A stretch of 61,236 nt of DNA, taken from positions 1-61,236 of the forward strand of contig CAIQQM010000191.1 in assembly GCA_903873945.1 (NCBI GenBank), given 5' to 3'. Position 1 is the stretch's first letter; the number at the start of each line of letters is the position of its first letter. The notes below the pieces were generated by a model that was not told the origin of the DNA, ran no database searches, and saw nothing but the letters and a program-made list of their open reading frames with translations. The DNA comes from an uncultured Verrucomicrobiota bacterium (GTDB taxonomy: Bacteria; Verrucomicrobiota; Verrucomicrobiia; Limisphaerales; UBA8199). Of this stretch, positions 29,685 to 40,370 are shown piece by piece. Made by a program: the position numbers and the translations under genes.

Positions 29685-30484
29685 TTAGCCGGCGGGTTCG
29701 TCACCACCGGACTATTGGTAAGTGGCGGGATGACCCGAACGCTGCCGTCGGCGCCAACTTCCACATTGAGGTCATAATAAATGGGTTTTGGCGTTTTAGC
29801 CTGCGGCTGAGGCGCGCTGAAACCCTGCATCAGTTTCTGGGCACCTTTCTGGTCGGCGCCGGCAAAAATACCCTGCCGAATCCACTCGATTCGCCGTGCG
29901 ATGGAGAGTTCCTCCTTCAACTTGCTGACCTGCGCGCGCAGAACGGCCAAATCATTGAACTGCCGTTCCAACTCGGCCTTGTCGGCCATCAACCGTGTGA
30001 GCTCTTTTTGAAGAAAAGCTTTGTCTCCTTCGGACGCAGCCAATCTCTTTTGCGTATCGGCAATTTGCACAGTGAGGTTCGTGATCGAGGTGCTGAGATC
30101 GAGGGCCTGTTTATCGAGGGCCTGGTTCTGGGTTTCCAACTCGGCGATCTTAGCTTCGTTTTTGGCCGCTTCCTCCCGGCTGGCCTTGAGGGCTGCCTCG
30201 GTTTTGATGAGATTGGAGGTAACCTGAGTGAAGTTATTGGTCAAATCATCGAGGGACTTATTGAACGACTTCTTTTGGTTTTCGAGGTCCTTCTCCAACA
30301 TGGTGGCAACCTGTTTTTGCTCGTCGAGTTTACTGCTCGTATCGACCCACTTGTTGGACAGGGTAAGAATGGTATCAGTGTCGTTCACTTTCTGCTTTAT
30401 CGCTTCTCGCCGAACGCCAATTAACGCAATCCCAAACCCAAGGCAAAGGACAGCCAAAATAACAATACCAGTCCGATTTTTCAT
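29681..30484 (-). CDS. Membrane-anchored coiled-coil protein
   Basis: N-terminal TM followed by a long heptad-rich region; 4-bp overlap with moaA start. Confidence 0.7.
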   Translation of the reverse strand: MKNRTGIVILAVLCLGFGIALIGVRREAIKQKVNDTDTILTLSNKWVDTSSKLDEQKQVATMLEKDLENQKKSFNKSLDDLTNNFTQVTSNLIKTEAALKASREEAAKNEAKIAELETQNQALDKQALDLSTSITNLTVQIADTQKRLAASEGDKAFLQKELTRLMADKAELERQFNDLAVLRAQVSKLKEELSIARRIEWIRQGIFAGADQKGAQKLMQGFSAPQPQAKTPKPIYYDLNVEVGADGSVRVIPPLTNSPVVTNPPAK

Positions 30485-30795
30485 AATGTCTTTTAGAATG
30501 CCGATAATGGGCATTTTTGGCAAGCACACTTCTTTACTTTGAATAACCCACCGCTGCTCCTCCATTGCCGGGGTAAAGATGCCGCGCGAGATCGCAATAA
30601 TGACGCTGCCTCTTTCGGCAAATAAAATCTTATTTTACCCGGGTTTCATTGCTGATCCTGAATAAGCGGTTGACCCAGTTTCCGGCGTAATGTTCCCAAG
30701 GGCGGCTGAGCAGCGGGAAATTCTGGAAACCGCAGACTGCGTCAGCTTCTTCATTTTTTGCTCGCGGAAATCCGCAAGAAGCGCAAAAATAATTT

Positions 30796-31233
30796 GTGAT
30801 GACCGACTCCCATATCTCAGAGGGAAAACTACCCGACTTAAGCCGTGAAGAGGTGCTATCCGCACTTTTTGCTCAACTCGTGATGCAGCAATCCAACATG
30901 GCCATGATGCTCCTGGGCAAGGTCGCGCACCCGGAAACAGGGAAAGTTGTCAAGGACATCGAGGCGGCAAAATTCTTCATCGACCAACTGGAAATGCTGG
31001 GGGTAAAGACCAGAGGAAATCTGAGCAAGGAAGAAGGCGCTCTACTCAAGCAAAGCCTGATGAGTTTGCGCCTGGCGTTCGTGGGGGTGGTAGATAAACC
31101 CGAGCCTCGAAGCACTGCCCCGCCAGCAGACGCGGCAGTGCCTACGTCACAGCCAGATCAGCCTATCGAGCGGGGAAGGACCGAGCCGGCAACGGACGAG
31201 GAAAGCCGCAAGAAGTTCAGCAAGAAATACTGA
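30796..31233 (+). CDS. DUF1844 family protein
   Basis: AMMLLGKVAHP...AKFFIDQLEMLGVKTRGNLSKEE. Confidence 0.88.
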   Translation: MMTDSHISEGKLPDLSREEVLSALFAQLVMQQSNMAMMLLGKVAHPETGKVVKDIEAAKFFIDQLEMLGVKTRGNLSKEEGALLKQSLMSLRLAFVGVVDKPEPRSTAPPADAAVPTSQPDQPIERGRTEPATDEESRKKFSKKY

Positions 31234-31300
31234 AGTCCATTCCGGGTCTGTCGGACGTTCCTTGTAGTCAAGACCGCCGTTTTCTTGTGTGCTCAAGAAA

Positions 31301-31323
31301 ACGGCCCGGCATTACCCGGGCCG
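31301..31323. terminator. Hairpin between convergent genes (probable terminator)
   Basis: CGGCCCGG-cattac-CCGGGCCG perfect 8-bp stem; A-rich left flank gives a minus-strand U tract. Confidence 0.6.
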
Positions 31324-31357
31324 CCCTCACTTATAAGCGCAAAGGAAGCAGTAGTCT

Positions 31358-32476
31358 TTATGGTTTTTTTGTGTCCGGCTTCACTGCAGGGCCTGCTGCG
31401 GGCAACACTATCGCATCGGAATTTTCCTTGGGCTTCAGCTTTTCGTCCAGAACTTCCACGCCAGCTTCGGTCCGGAGCTTGATTATGTAGGCGGGCACGC
31501 CTGCTTTCTGAAGCGCCTGTCGAGTCAGGTATTCTTTGATGTCGGGAGAGACCCTTTCCAGATCCATTTTCCTGGCCGGGATCTTTTCGCTCAGTTTGAT
31601 GATATGATAGCCGTAGGGCGTGGTAACAATTTCGCTGATCTGGTTGGTGTTGAGCGAAAAGGCGGCGGCTTCAAACTGGGGATCCATTTGGCCGCGAGGG
31701 AACGTGTACTCGCCGCCTTTATCTTTCGAGCCCGGGTCTTCGGAGAATTCCCTAGCCAGCTTGGCGAAATCTTCACCCCCGCGAGCGCGCTTCAAGAGGT
31801 CCTCCATCTGTTTTCGCTTTGCCGCCTTCTTGTCATCCGGCAGGTCGGTCTGGGTCGTCAAATCGCGAGTGACGAGCAAAATGTGGCTGGCCCGCACCAT
31901 TTCCGGCAGTTCAAACTTGGCCGGATTGTCGTCGTAAAACTTTTTGACCTCGGCGTCGGTAACATTGATGCTGAGTTCACGTTCCAAGGTCATTTCAGCC
32001 GTCGCTTCCTCGGTGATTTTCTTAAGAAGTTCCTCCTGCGTCATTCCGACCGCTTTTAGTTGGCGGTTAAGGGTCTCTTCGGAGATGGCATTGGTCTTGA
32101 TCTGGTCAAAACGGATCAGGCCCTGTTTCTTGCCTTTGTCCTTGTCGGTTTCACTTGCCTTGGCGAGAAGCAATTGCATTTGGATCAGGCGGTCCAGCAC
32201 GCCTTGTTCGAGCAGCATCATGCGTTCAGCGGGCAGTGGTTGGCCTCTTGCGGCCAAGGAGGCCTTGACACTGATGACTGCCTCGTCCAATTGGCTGCGC
32301 CTGATCTCCAATCCCTTGCCTTTCGCCACGACGGTGTCGCCGAACAGTTGCGACATTTTATCGGCCGGTTTCGCGGGGGCAGCCGCGTTGGTTTGTGCCG
32401 AGTCCGCCGCAGTGGCCCAGGCGGAGAGGGCTGCGGCCGAAAGAAGCAGGGCGACTGATTTCGTTATTGTTCTCAT
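31358..32476 (-). CDS. Parvulin-type peptidyl-prolyl isomerase (PrsA/SurA-like)
   Basis: Signal peptide, VRASHIL, FAKLAREFSEDPGSKDKGGE, GYHIIK. Confidence 0.92.
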   Translation of the reverse strand: MRTITKSVALLLSAAALSAWATAADSAQTNAAAPAKPADKMSQLFGDTVVAKGKGLEIRRSQLDEAVISVKASLAARGQPLPAERMMLLEQGVLDRLIQMQLLLAKASETDKDKGKKQGLIRFDQIKTNAISEETLNRQLKAVGMTQEELLKKITEEATAEMTLERELSINVTDAEVKKFYDDNPAKFELPEMVRASHILLVTRDLTTQTDLPDDKKAAKRKQMEDLLKRARGGEDFAKLAREFSEDPGSKDKGGEYTFPRGQMDPQFEAAAFSLNTNQISEIVTTPYGYHIIKLSEKIPARKMDLERVSPDIKEYLTRQALQKAGVPAYIIKLRTEAGVEVLDEKLKPKENSDAIVLPAAGPAVKPDTKKP

Positions 32477-32504
32477 AAATGTGTCTTTTGATTTTAGCAT
32501 CGAC

Positions 32505-34103
32505 TTATAGTTTGACCACCTTGACATTGCTGATGTCCGGGTCTCTTTGAATTTCGTCCAACACTTCGGGCGGAGGCACGCTATCCAAATTTAAAACCGT
32601 TAAGGCCTGGCCGCCGACAGTATCGCGACTCAGGCTCATGCTGGCAATATTAACGTTGTACTTGCTCATCAACGTGCCCAAATAACCAACGATGCCGGGC
32701 CGATCCTTGTTCTTCAACAGCAAAACAACGCCCGAAGGCACGATCTCGGTCGGCTGGCTGAAGACGCGTACAATGCGCGGATTGTCCGGCGAACCGAAAA
32801 AGGTGCCGCCGGCGGAAACAACCTTCCGCCCGCTCTGAAAAACCTGCACATGCAACCATTCATTGAACGTGACCGGTTCGCTGGAACGTTTTTCCTCAAC
32901 CGTGAGTCCCAGCGTGGAGGCGATGCTGCGCACGTTGACATTGTTAAGGTCCTTTACCGAAACACGGGACAGGAAGCCAAGCAGAATCGCCCGCGTAATC
33001 GGGTCGATGTTGGGCAATTCCCGGGCTTTTCCCCCGTAAGTAATATGCAGGCGGTCCACTTGGGTAGGGGCAAGCTGCGCCAGCAATCTGCCAAGCTTCT
33101 CACCCAGCACCAGATAAGGCCGCACCAACTCGTAAGTCTTGGCATCCAAATAGGGCAGGTTCACGGCATTGCGCACTTCGCCGGTAAACAGATAGCCCGT
33201 GATGACTTCGGCCACTTCAATGCCACATTTCTCCTGGGCCTCGTGTGTGCTGGCACCCAGGTGCGGCGTTAAAATAATGCCCGGATGCCTGCGAAACGGA
33301 TGTTCCGAAGGCAACGGCTCGGTCGCATAGACGTCGAGCGCGGCAGCGGCAATCTTTCCGGAATCCAACGCCGCCAGCAGGTCAGCTTCGACAATGATTT
33401 CGCCGCGCGCGCAATTCACCAGGCAAACCTTCGGCTTCATTTTGGCAAAGGCCGCCGCGTTGAGCATGCCCCGCGTTTGTTCGGTGACCGGCATGTGAAC
33501 ACTGATGAAATCCGAGTGGCGATAAACATCATCAAGGTCAGAGATCCACTCGACGCCAGGCGCTTGGGCGCGGGCATCAGTCAGGAACGGGTCATAGCCA
33601 AGCACGGTCATGCCAAAGGCCACCGCGCGCTTGGCCACCTCGCTCCCAATGCGGCCAAGGCCGAGCACGCCAAGCTTTTTTCCTGAAAGCTCGGCTCCCT
33701 GAAACTGCTTGCGGTCCCACTTGCCGGCGCTCATCGATGCGCAGGCCTGGGGCACTTTCCGGGCAAGACTGAGAAGCATGGTAAAGGACAGCTCAGCGGT
33801 GGACACCGTGTTGCCGCCTGGCGTGTTCATAACCACGACGCCATGTTCCGTGGCGGCATCCACGTCCACGTTATCCACCCCGACGCCCGCCCGGCCGATC
33901 ACACGAAGCTTCGGCGCGGCTTCGATGACCTTGCGGGTAACTTTGGTTTCGGAGCGGACTACCAGCGCCACCGCGTCTTTCACGATCGGGATCAATTCCG
34001 CTTCTGACAGGCGTTTGGGCAGGACAACGACTTCCATTTCCGGGCGCCGTTGTAAGAGGGCAATTCCTTTTGGCGAAACAGGGTCGCAAACTAATACTTT
34101 CAT
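32505..34103 (-). CDS. serA: D-3-phosphoglycerate dehydrogenase
   Basis: GRAGVGVDNVD, GLGRIG, NCARG, TPHLGAST, C-terminal ACT domain. Confidence 0.96.
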   Translation of the reverse strand: MKVLVCDPVSPKGIALLQRRPEMEVVVLPKRLSEAELIPIVKDAVALVVRSETKVTRKVIEAAPKLRVIGRAGVGVDNVDVDAATEHGVVVMNTPGGNTVSTAELSFTMLLSLARKVPQACASMSAGKWDRKQFQGAELSGKKLGVLGLGRIGSEVAKRAVAFGMTVLGYDPFLTDARAQAPGVEWISDLDDVYRHSDFISVHMPVTEQTRGMLNAAAFAKMKPKVCLVNCARGEIIVEADLLAALDSGKIAAAALDVYATEPLPSEHPFRRHPGIILTPHLGASTHEAQEKCGIEVAEVITGYLFTGEVRNAVNLPYLDAKTYELVRPYLVLGEKLGRLLAQLAPTQVDRLHITYGGKARELPNIDPITRAILLGFLSRVSVKDLNNVNVRSIASTLGLTVEEKRSSEPVTFNEWLHVQVFQSGRKVVSAGGTFFGSPDNPRIVRVFSQPTEIVPSGVVLLLKNKDRPGIVGYLGTLMSKYNVNIASMSLSRDTVGGQALTVLNLDSVPPPEVLDEIQRDPDISNVKVVKL

Positions 34104-34204
34104 AAGAGAAAGCGGAGTCTAGGAGAGCCCTCACCTGAGGTCAAACCCTCAGGGCTGGCGCATTCATACGAACATGGACGCCGCACCCGAAGACAACGAC
34201 CCTC

Positions 34205-34870
34205 TCATTCGGGCAGACTCAGGAGCAGCGCTTCGCAGGGGCTCGTGCCCAAACGCGTCGCTCCGGCCTCAATTAGCCCCAAGGCGGCCTGCGCATCCTT
34301 GATTGGGCCCCAGGCGTTCACCTCGAATTTGGGCCCTACCGCTGCGCGCAGCCGATTCACCTCTTCGATTCCAATCGCCGTCCGCAATCCTGTGCCGATG
34401 CAAACGCCGCGGACCCCCGAATCAAGCGCCAGTTCGCAAGCGATCAGTTGTTCTTCGACAGTCGATAGGCTGGTTTCCAAAATGACGTTCACGGGGCGCT
34501 CGTCGGCGGCTTCCGCCACGTCACGCAATTCGCGCAGCACATAGCACCAGTCGCCATCTTTCAAACGCCCGATGTTCAACACAACCTGGATTTCCTGGGC
34601 ACCGTGGTCGATGGCCACCTCGGCTTCGTAGCGCTTTGCGTCCGCGTCAGACGCGCCGAGCGGGAAACCAATCAGGGCCAGGACCTTCACGCTTGTGTCT
34701 TCAAGCAACGAACACGCAAGTTCGACTCGGGAGCCATTGACGCAAACGCCGTGCAAATTACGCGTGCGGGCTTCCGAGCAAAATTGTTGAATGGCCAACC
34801 GCGTTGCTTCCGGTGGAAGGATCAGGTGATCGATGCGGTGCGCCAGATCGGCGCGTGAAAGTGTTTTCAT
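34205..34870 (-). CDS. DeoC (deoxyribose-phosphate aldolase) homologue, catalytic residues replaced
   Basis: IGFPLG, GAQEIQVVLNIG, VILET, AGATRLGTS present; canonical EIDMV, VKTSTG and VKASGG replaced. Confidence 0.8.
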   Translation of the reverse strand: MKTLSRADLAHRIDHLILPPEATRLAIQQFCSEARTRNLHGVCVNGSRVELACSLLEDTSVKVLALIGFPLGASDADAKRYEAEVAIDHGAQEIQVVLNIGRLKDGDWCYVLRELRDVAEAADERPVNVILETSLSTVEEQLIACELALDSGVRGVCIGTGLRTAIGIEEVNRLRAAVGPKFEVNAWGPIKDAQAALGLIEAGATRLGTSPCEALLLSLPE

Positions 34871-34978
34871 GGTTGCCCCGGGAAATACCCGGCTCTTCAA
34901 ACGGGGTCACCAACAAAGGGAACCCACAGCAAACAGAGTCTGATGCACGGGCAAAGGCACGTCAAAATAAGTTTGACC

Positions 34979-35968
34979 TCACTTGGACAGAAGTTCGGCG
35001 ACCACAACCTTTTCTTCTTTCAACTCGTTGACAGTGGCATCAATTTTCGCGCGACTGAACTCGTTTACGGACAACCCTTCGACGACTTCGAGCGCCTGTC
35101 CGCTGCTGTGGATCGGGAACGAGCTGATGAGACCATTCTCCACCCCGTAACTACCATCGGAGCAAACGCAGAGGCTGTGCCAGTCGCTGGCATGAGTGGG
35201 TTTTATAATCGAGCTTACGGTGTCCACAATGGCCACCGCCGCGCTGGCAGCACTGGAGGCGCCTCGCGCCTTGAGGATGGCGGCGCCGCGTTGCTGGACG
35301 GCTGTAATGAACTCGCCTTTCAGCCAGGCTTCGTCATTAATCACTTGCGTGACGGGCCGGCCTTTGATCTTCGCATTGTAGAAATCGGGGTATTGCGTCG
35401 AGGAATGGTTCCCCCAAATCACCATGTTCGTCACTGCCGTAACATCGAGACCGGCCTTTTGGGCAAGCTGTGCCTTAGCGCGATTCTCGTCCAAGCGCGT
35501 CATCGCGAAGAAACGGTCTCGGGGAATTTCGGGAGCGTTGTGCATCGTGATGAGACAATTCGTGTTGCACGGGTTGCCGACAACGAGGATGCGCACGTCC
35601 CGTGCGGCATTCTTCTGGAGCGCCCGCCCCTGCCCGACGAAGATCTTGCCATTGACGCCCAGCAAATCCTTGCGTTCCATGCCCGGCTTGCGCGGCACGC
35701 TGCCAACGAGCAACGCCCAGTCCACGCCACGAAAACCTTCATCAAGACTCGATGTCGCCACGATGCCTTTGAGCAGCGGAAAGCCGCCATCCTCAAGCTC
35801 CATTACCAACCCGGCGAGAGCAGGCATGGCTGGCTCAATTTCGATCAGGTGCAAAATCACAGGCTGGTCTGCTCCAAACATCGAGCCCGAAGCTATGCGA
35901 AACAGAAGGGCGTAACCGATTTGACCGGCAGCGCCGGTAGCCGCAACGCGAATAGGCGATATGCTCAT
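34979..35968 (-). CDS. mdh: Malate dehydrogenase
   Basis: [50 protein letters not shown]. Confidence 0.96.
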   Translation of the reverse strand: MSISPIRVAATGAAGQIGYALLFRIASGSMFGADQPVILHLIEIEPAMPALAGLVMELEDGGFPLLKGIVATSSLDEGFRGVDWALLVGSVPRKPGMERKDLLGVNGKIFVGQGRALQKNAARDVRILVVGNPCNTNCLITMHNAPEIPRDRFFAMTRLDENRAKAQLAQKAGLDVTAVTNMVIWGNHSSTQYPDFYNAKIKGRPVTQVINDEAWLKGEFITAVQQRGAAILKARGASSAASAAVAIVDTVSSIIKPTHASDWHSLCVCSDGSYGVENGLISSFPIHSSGQALEVVEGLSVNEFSRAKIDATVNELKEEKVVVAELLSK

Positions 35969-36179
35969 AGAGAACATAAGTTTCCCAGCGAGCCGCATTT
36001 TTGCAACTCAAATCAGGCAGAGAAAGAGTTGCCGAAGATTGGCGCAACGGCGAATGTGTGGCAAAGGTGCGTGAAAGGTCGGGGAATCGAGTGGCATTCA
36101 CGGCCGAGAGCCCGCAATCTAACTTCGGTTTTTACGATAGTGGCCATGCGTAGTATGATTAAGGCATGCCGTAACGAGA

Positions 36180-37049
36180 ATGAATCAGCCCGACAGAATT
36201 GCCACACGACTTGAGCCGGCAGCGATCGCCGAAGGAAACCAGTCGCCTCCCGCTGCAACCTCGCCGGCTGTCGGTTTTACGCTGATTGAACTGCTCATTG
36301 TTATCGCGATCATCGCCATTCTGGCAGCCCTCCTGCTGCCGTCTCTCTCGAAGGCTAAAAGCAGGGCTCAAACGATCGCGTGTACTAGCAACCTGAAACA
36401 GCTCCAGATCTGCTGGCAGCTTTACAACACCGACAATGATGATTTCCTCGTTCCGAACAATTCCGTGATGGGCATTTCTGGCAGCGGGGGCAGCGGCACA
36501 ATTGCGGGAGGTGCGTCGTGGTGCCTGGCGGAACCGACGATTCCGAACGTCGAGAACGGCTTGTTGTTCCAGTATAATAGTTCGCTGGGGATTTACCATT
36601 GCCCCGCGGATCATTCGACCCTGACTGACAGCAACGGAAACCCACTATCTCAACTGCGCGCGCGCAGTTACAATATGAGCCAATCCGTAAATGGCTACCC
36701 TGAGTATGATTCGTTTGTGGAGAACTACATCCCTTATTTCAAGAAAGTCACTCAGATCAAGACCCCGAACATCAGCGCGTGTCTTGTTTTCATTGATGAG
36801 AACGAGGCGACGCTGCTCGACTCGCAATTCGGGATGCCGACGGATTATTATAACGGCACCCAGACCTGGTGGGACATGCCGGCCAACCGGCATGATCAGG
36901 GCGCGAATCTTTCCTTCGCCGACGGCCACGTCGAACATTGGAAGTGGGGCGCGCCTATGATTTTCACCGGCTGGATGGGGAACGTTTCAGCCGCTGGGTT
37001 GCCGGATTGGCTCCGGGTCAAGGCCTGCATCAAGCAGACGATGGATTGA
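36180..37049 (+). CDS. Prepilin-type N-terminal cleavage/methylation protein with H-X9-DG domain
   Basis: GFTLIELLIVIAIIAILAALLLP; CTSNLKQL; HDQGANLSFADGH. Confidence 0.92.
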   Translation: MNQPDRIATRLEPAAIAEGNQSPPAATSPAVGFTLIELLIVIAIIAILAALLLPSLSKAKSRAQTIACTSNLKQLQICWQLYNTDNDDFLVPNNSVMGISGSGGSGTIAGGASWCLAEPTIPNVENGLLFQYNSSLGIYHCPADHSTLTDSNGNPLSQLRARSYNMSQSVNGYPEYDSFVENYIPYFKKVTQIKTPNISACLVFIDENEATLLDSQFGMPTDYYNGTQTWWDMPANRHDQGANLSFADGHVEHWKWGAPMIFTGWMGNVSAAGLPDWLRVKACIKQTMD

Positions 37050-37271
37050 TTTGCCCCTCGCGGATTTCTCAAACCGGGGAAGATGCCGGGAAACAGGAGT
37101 GGTTTACTATGAGCATTTGCACAAGGCGGGCCTTAATGTTCGCCAGTATTTGGTGGTTCCGGCTGCAATTCCGACGACAATAACCGGAACACCCGTCGTC
37201 CATGGCTCTGCCAGCATGGACCAGCCTCAGCAAGTTGTTTGGACGGCTGGCGCCCAAGTTAGGGTCGGCTG

Positions 37272-37649
37272 CTATTTGTCCACAATCCGCAGGGTATATT
37301 CGGGGGAACGGATACTGTCAGTCCTGGGGGCGCCCATTGCGTTGTAATCGTAAGTGACTTTATAACGATAGTTGACGGCACTGGTTCCCGGAGGCACAAA
37401 AATAAGCCCTTCCCAACGGTTCGTCATCAGCGGTGTGGGCCGCATTTTGTAGAACTCAGGACCGACAACGATTTCCGACCGGATGCTCTGCCAGCGCATA
37501 GTTTGCTGGTGGCTGGTGAAGGCGATTTCGACGGGGTAGAGGTTGTCAGCGTTGCGGACCTGCTGTTGGGGCGTGAGATTGTTCAGCGTGGCGTTGCAAC
37601 CAGCCAGCAGCAGGGGCAGAAATAAGAGCGACAGGAATTTCTTCAACAT
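37272..37649 (-). CDS. Hypothetical lipoprotein
   Basis: MLKKFLSLLFLPLLLAGC lipobox. Confidence 0.75.
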   Translation of the reverse strand: MLKKFLSLLFLPLLLAGCNATLNNLTPQQQVRNADNLYPVEIAFTSHQQTMRWQSIRSEIVVGPEFYKMRPTPLMTNRWEGLIFVPPGTSAVNYRYKVTYDYNAMGAPRTDSIRSPEYTLRIVDK

Positions 37650-37769
37650 ACAATATAAACGTGGCAAACCGGCAGCAGATTGTAAAGTTGGATTTTCGCC
37701 CTGTTTTTTGCGTTTGACCTGCCTTGGGAAAGACAGTTAGGGTGCGCGGCCTTGAAGTGAATTGAAGTT

Positions 37770-39449
37770 ATGATTGGGACTATTCGAAAACACCAAACCT
37801 GGCTGTGGGCGATCATCATTACGGTGACCATCATCAGCTTTGTTATCTTTTTCTCGCCGTACTCGAAGCTGAACGCCAGCCGCCGTGGTCCGGCCAATTA
37901 CGGGTCCATTGAAGGCGAGAAAGTGACGGAGGACCAGTTTGCACAAACCGAGCGAGAGGTTTATCTGCGCTATTTCTTCATGAACAGCTCGTGGCCGGAT
38001 GAGGAGGCCAAGAAATCCGGATTTGATCCGATGCAGGCCACGTACTGCCGGCTACTGTTGATCATGAAAGAGGACCAGCTTGGCGTTCATGTCAACAGCG
38101 AGATCTGCGCTCAGTTCGCAAGGGACATGCTGCGGTCGTATCAGCGCATGGGCATCAATTCGCCCATCATGTTCGTGCAGCAAATTCTCGAACCGCGCGG
38201 TTTCCATATGGACGACTTGGAGCGATTCATCCGGCATGAGATGGGCATTCAGGAGCTGGCTGCCATCCTGGGACTAAGCGGCCAACTCATCACGCCGGCT
38301 GAGGCGAAAGGGCTTTACGAACGCGAGCACCAGGAACTGGCCACGGAAGTGCTATTTTTCTCCGCTTCAAATTATCTTGCCAATGCGTCTGCGGCCCCGG
38401 AAGCCATTTCACAGTTCTACTCGAACAACCTGGCCAGCTATCGCATTCCGGACCGGGTACAGGTCAGCTATGTGAAGTTCCCGGTTACGAACCTCCTGGC
38501 GCAGGCGGAGGCAGAGTTGTCGAAAACGAACCTGGATGAGATTGTTGAAGCCAACCTGCAACGGCTTGGGACAAACTATGCGCGGATCGCGAAGTCCCCG
38601 GCGGAAGCCAAACTTAAGATCCATGAAGAATTGATTCGCGAGCGTGCAATGTCGCATGCCCGCAAAACAGCTGTTGAATTCGCCACACCGCTCTTTGACA
38701 TCGAGCCGATGCGCGCTGACAACCTAGACAAGCTGGCAAAGGAGAAGGGGCTGACTGTGAACGTCACCACGCCCTTTGATCGCGAGGGCGGACCGCAAGA
38801 CCTCGACGTGGGAACCGATTTCGCAAAGGCGGCGTTTCTAAGAACAGTGGATGACCCGTTTTGCCCACCGCTCGTTGGCCGGGATGGGGTATATGTGATC
38901 GCCTTCAATAAAAAGATCCCCAGCGAGGTGCCGTCACTGGCCAAAATTCAAGCGCGGGTAGTCGGAGATTACAAGTACAACCAAGCCACGATGTTGGCGC
39001 GGATTGCGGGCCAGTCGTTCTATTCCACGCTCACCAACGGGCTAACGCAGGGAAAGACTTTTTCGGCGATCTGCGCGGAGACGAAACTTCGGCCGGTTGA
39101 GCTGCCGCCATTTTCAATCAGCACCCGCGTGTTGCCGGAATTCGAAGAGCGCCTCAGTTTGAATGAACTCAAGCAGATGGCCTTCAGCACGCTGCCCGGA
39201 AAAGTAAGCAATTTCCAGCCGATCATTGGAGGCGGAGCCATTCTCTTTGTGAAAGCTCGGCTCCCGTTGGATCAGGTCAAAATGCAGGCTGACCTGCCCG
39301 CGTACGTCGGTTTGGTGCGCCAGCAAAGGCAGAACGAGGCATTCAACCAGTGGTTTAACCGGGAGCTACAAAGGACGATGCGCGACACACCTCTTAGCCA
39401 GCCCAAGCCGCCGCCCTCTTATTCTCCCCGCTCAGCCAAAAAGTCATAA
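37770..39449 (+). CDS. SurA N-terminal domain / PpiD-like periplasmic chaperone
   Basis: MIGTIRKH + TM anchor, ISQFY...YRIPDRVQVSYV PpiD-like pattern. Confidence 0.75.
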   Translation: MIGTIRKHQTWLWAIIITVTIISFVIFFSPYSKLNASRRGPANYGSIEGEKVTEDQFAQTEREVYLRYFFMNSSWPDEEAKKSGFDPMQATYCRLLLIMKEDQLGVHVNSEICAQFARDMLRSYQRMGINSPIMFVQQILEPRGFHMDDLERFIRHEMGIQELAAILGLSGQLITPAEAKGLYEREHQELATEVLFFSASNYLANASAAPEAISQFYSNNLASYRIPDRVQVSYVKFPVTNLLAQAEAELSKTNLDEIVEANLQRLGTNYARIAKSPAEAKLKIHEELIRERAMSHARKTAVEFATPLFDIEPMRADNLDKLAKEKGLTVNVTTPFDREGGPQDLDVGTDFAKAAFLRTVDDPFCPPLVGRDGVYVIAFNKKIPSEVPSLAKIQARVVGDYKYNQATMLARIAGQSFYSTLTNGLTQGKTFSAICAETKLRPVELPPFSISTRVLPEFEERLSLNELKQMAFSTLPGKVSNFQPIIGGGAILFVKARLPLDQVKMQADLPAYVGLVRQQRQNEAFNQWFNRELQRTMRDTPLSQPKPPPSYSPRSAKKS

Positions 39450-39511
39450 CGGGTCATGAGCCGGGCATGCAGCTTCTGGCCGCATGATTCCGCCCCATCC
39501 CGCCTGAACAC

Positions 39512-40339
39512 GTGAGTGCTGTCATTAAACTTTCCTGGCCGGCAACCCGCGAATTTTGGGAAATCCCGGTCTTATACGAGGACGAACATCTGCTCGCGCT
39601 TAATAAGCCTGCGTGTATGCTGGTGTCGCCAGACCGTTCCGAACCCGAGCGGCCCAACCTGATGCAATTATTGCATTCGGGGATTGAGCAAGCGAAACCC
39701 TGGGCCAGGGAGCGCGGGCTGGTGTACCTCATGAACGCGCATCGGCTTGATTTCGAGACCAGCGGCGTGTTCCTGCTAGGCAAGAACAAGCCGGCCTTCG
39801 TTGCGGTTGTGAATCTTCTCGGCGCTGGAAGAGGCCACCGGAAGTACATCGCCCTAGTGCGAGGCGTTCCGACGGAAGACCGGTTTGAAATCGAAGCGAA
39901 ACTTGCGCCAAACCCTGTGAGACCCGGGATAATGCGGATTGATTCGAAGCGGGGTAAACAATCGCACACGGTTTGCGAGGTGCTTGAGAGGTTTTCCGGG
40001 CATGCGCTTTTGAAATGCGAGGCTTTGACTGATCGGCTCGGGCAGATTCGGCTTCATCTGCGCCATGCCGCGCTCACCATCGTGGGGGATCGTCTTTATG
40101 GCGGACGCCCCCTATTGCTTTCACAATTGAAGCGGGACTATTGGTTGAAGCCGGACCAGATCGAGCGTCCGCTGATTGATTGCGCGGCGCTTCACGCGGA
40201 AGAGCTTTCTTTCCCGCACCCGATGACGGGCGAGTTACTGACCATCATGGCGCCGTGGCCAAAGGACCTGAAAGTGGCGGTGAAATATTTACAGCGATAC
40301 GGCCGCACCGTCCGGGCGAACCAATCGGCGGATGAATGA
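39512..40339 (+). CDS. RluA-family pseudouridine synthase
   Basis: LNKPA, HRLDFETSG, IVGDRLYG, ALHA. Confidence 0.88.
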   Translation: MSAVIKLSWPATREFWEIPVLYEDEHLLALNKPACMLVSPDRSEPERPNLMQLLHSGIEQAKPWARERGLVYLMNAHRLDFETSGVFLLGKNKPAFVAVVNLLGAGRGHRKYIALVRGVPTEDRFEIEAKLAPNPVRPGIMRIDSKRGKQSHTVCEVLERFSGHALLKCEALTDRLGQIRLHLRHAALTIVGDRLYGGRPLLLSQLKRDYWLKPDQIERPLIDCAALHAEELSFPHPMTGELLTIMAPWPKDLKVAVKYLQRYGRTVRANQSADE

Positions 40340-40370
40340 GAGTTTCCCGGAGGACCGGGCTTCGCTGGGT

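Noticed and set aside
34943-36214. 423-aa plus-strand ORF
   Set aside because: Antisense to mdh with no recognisable family
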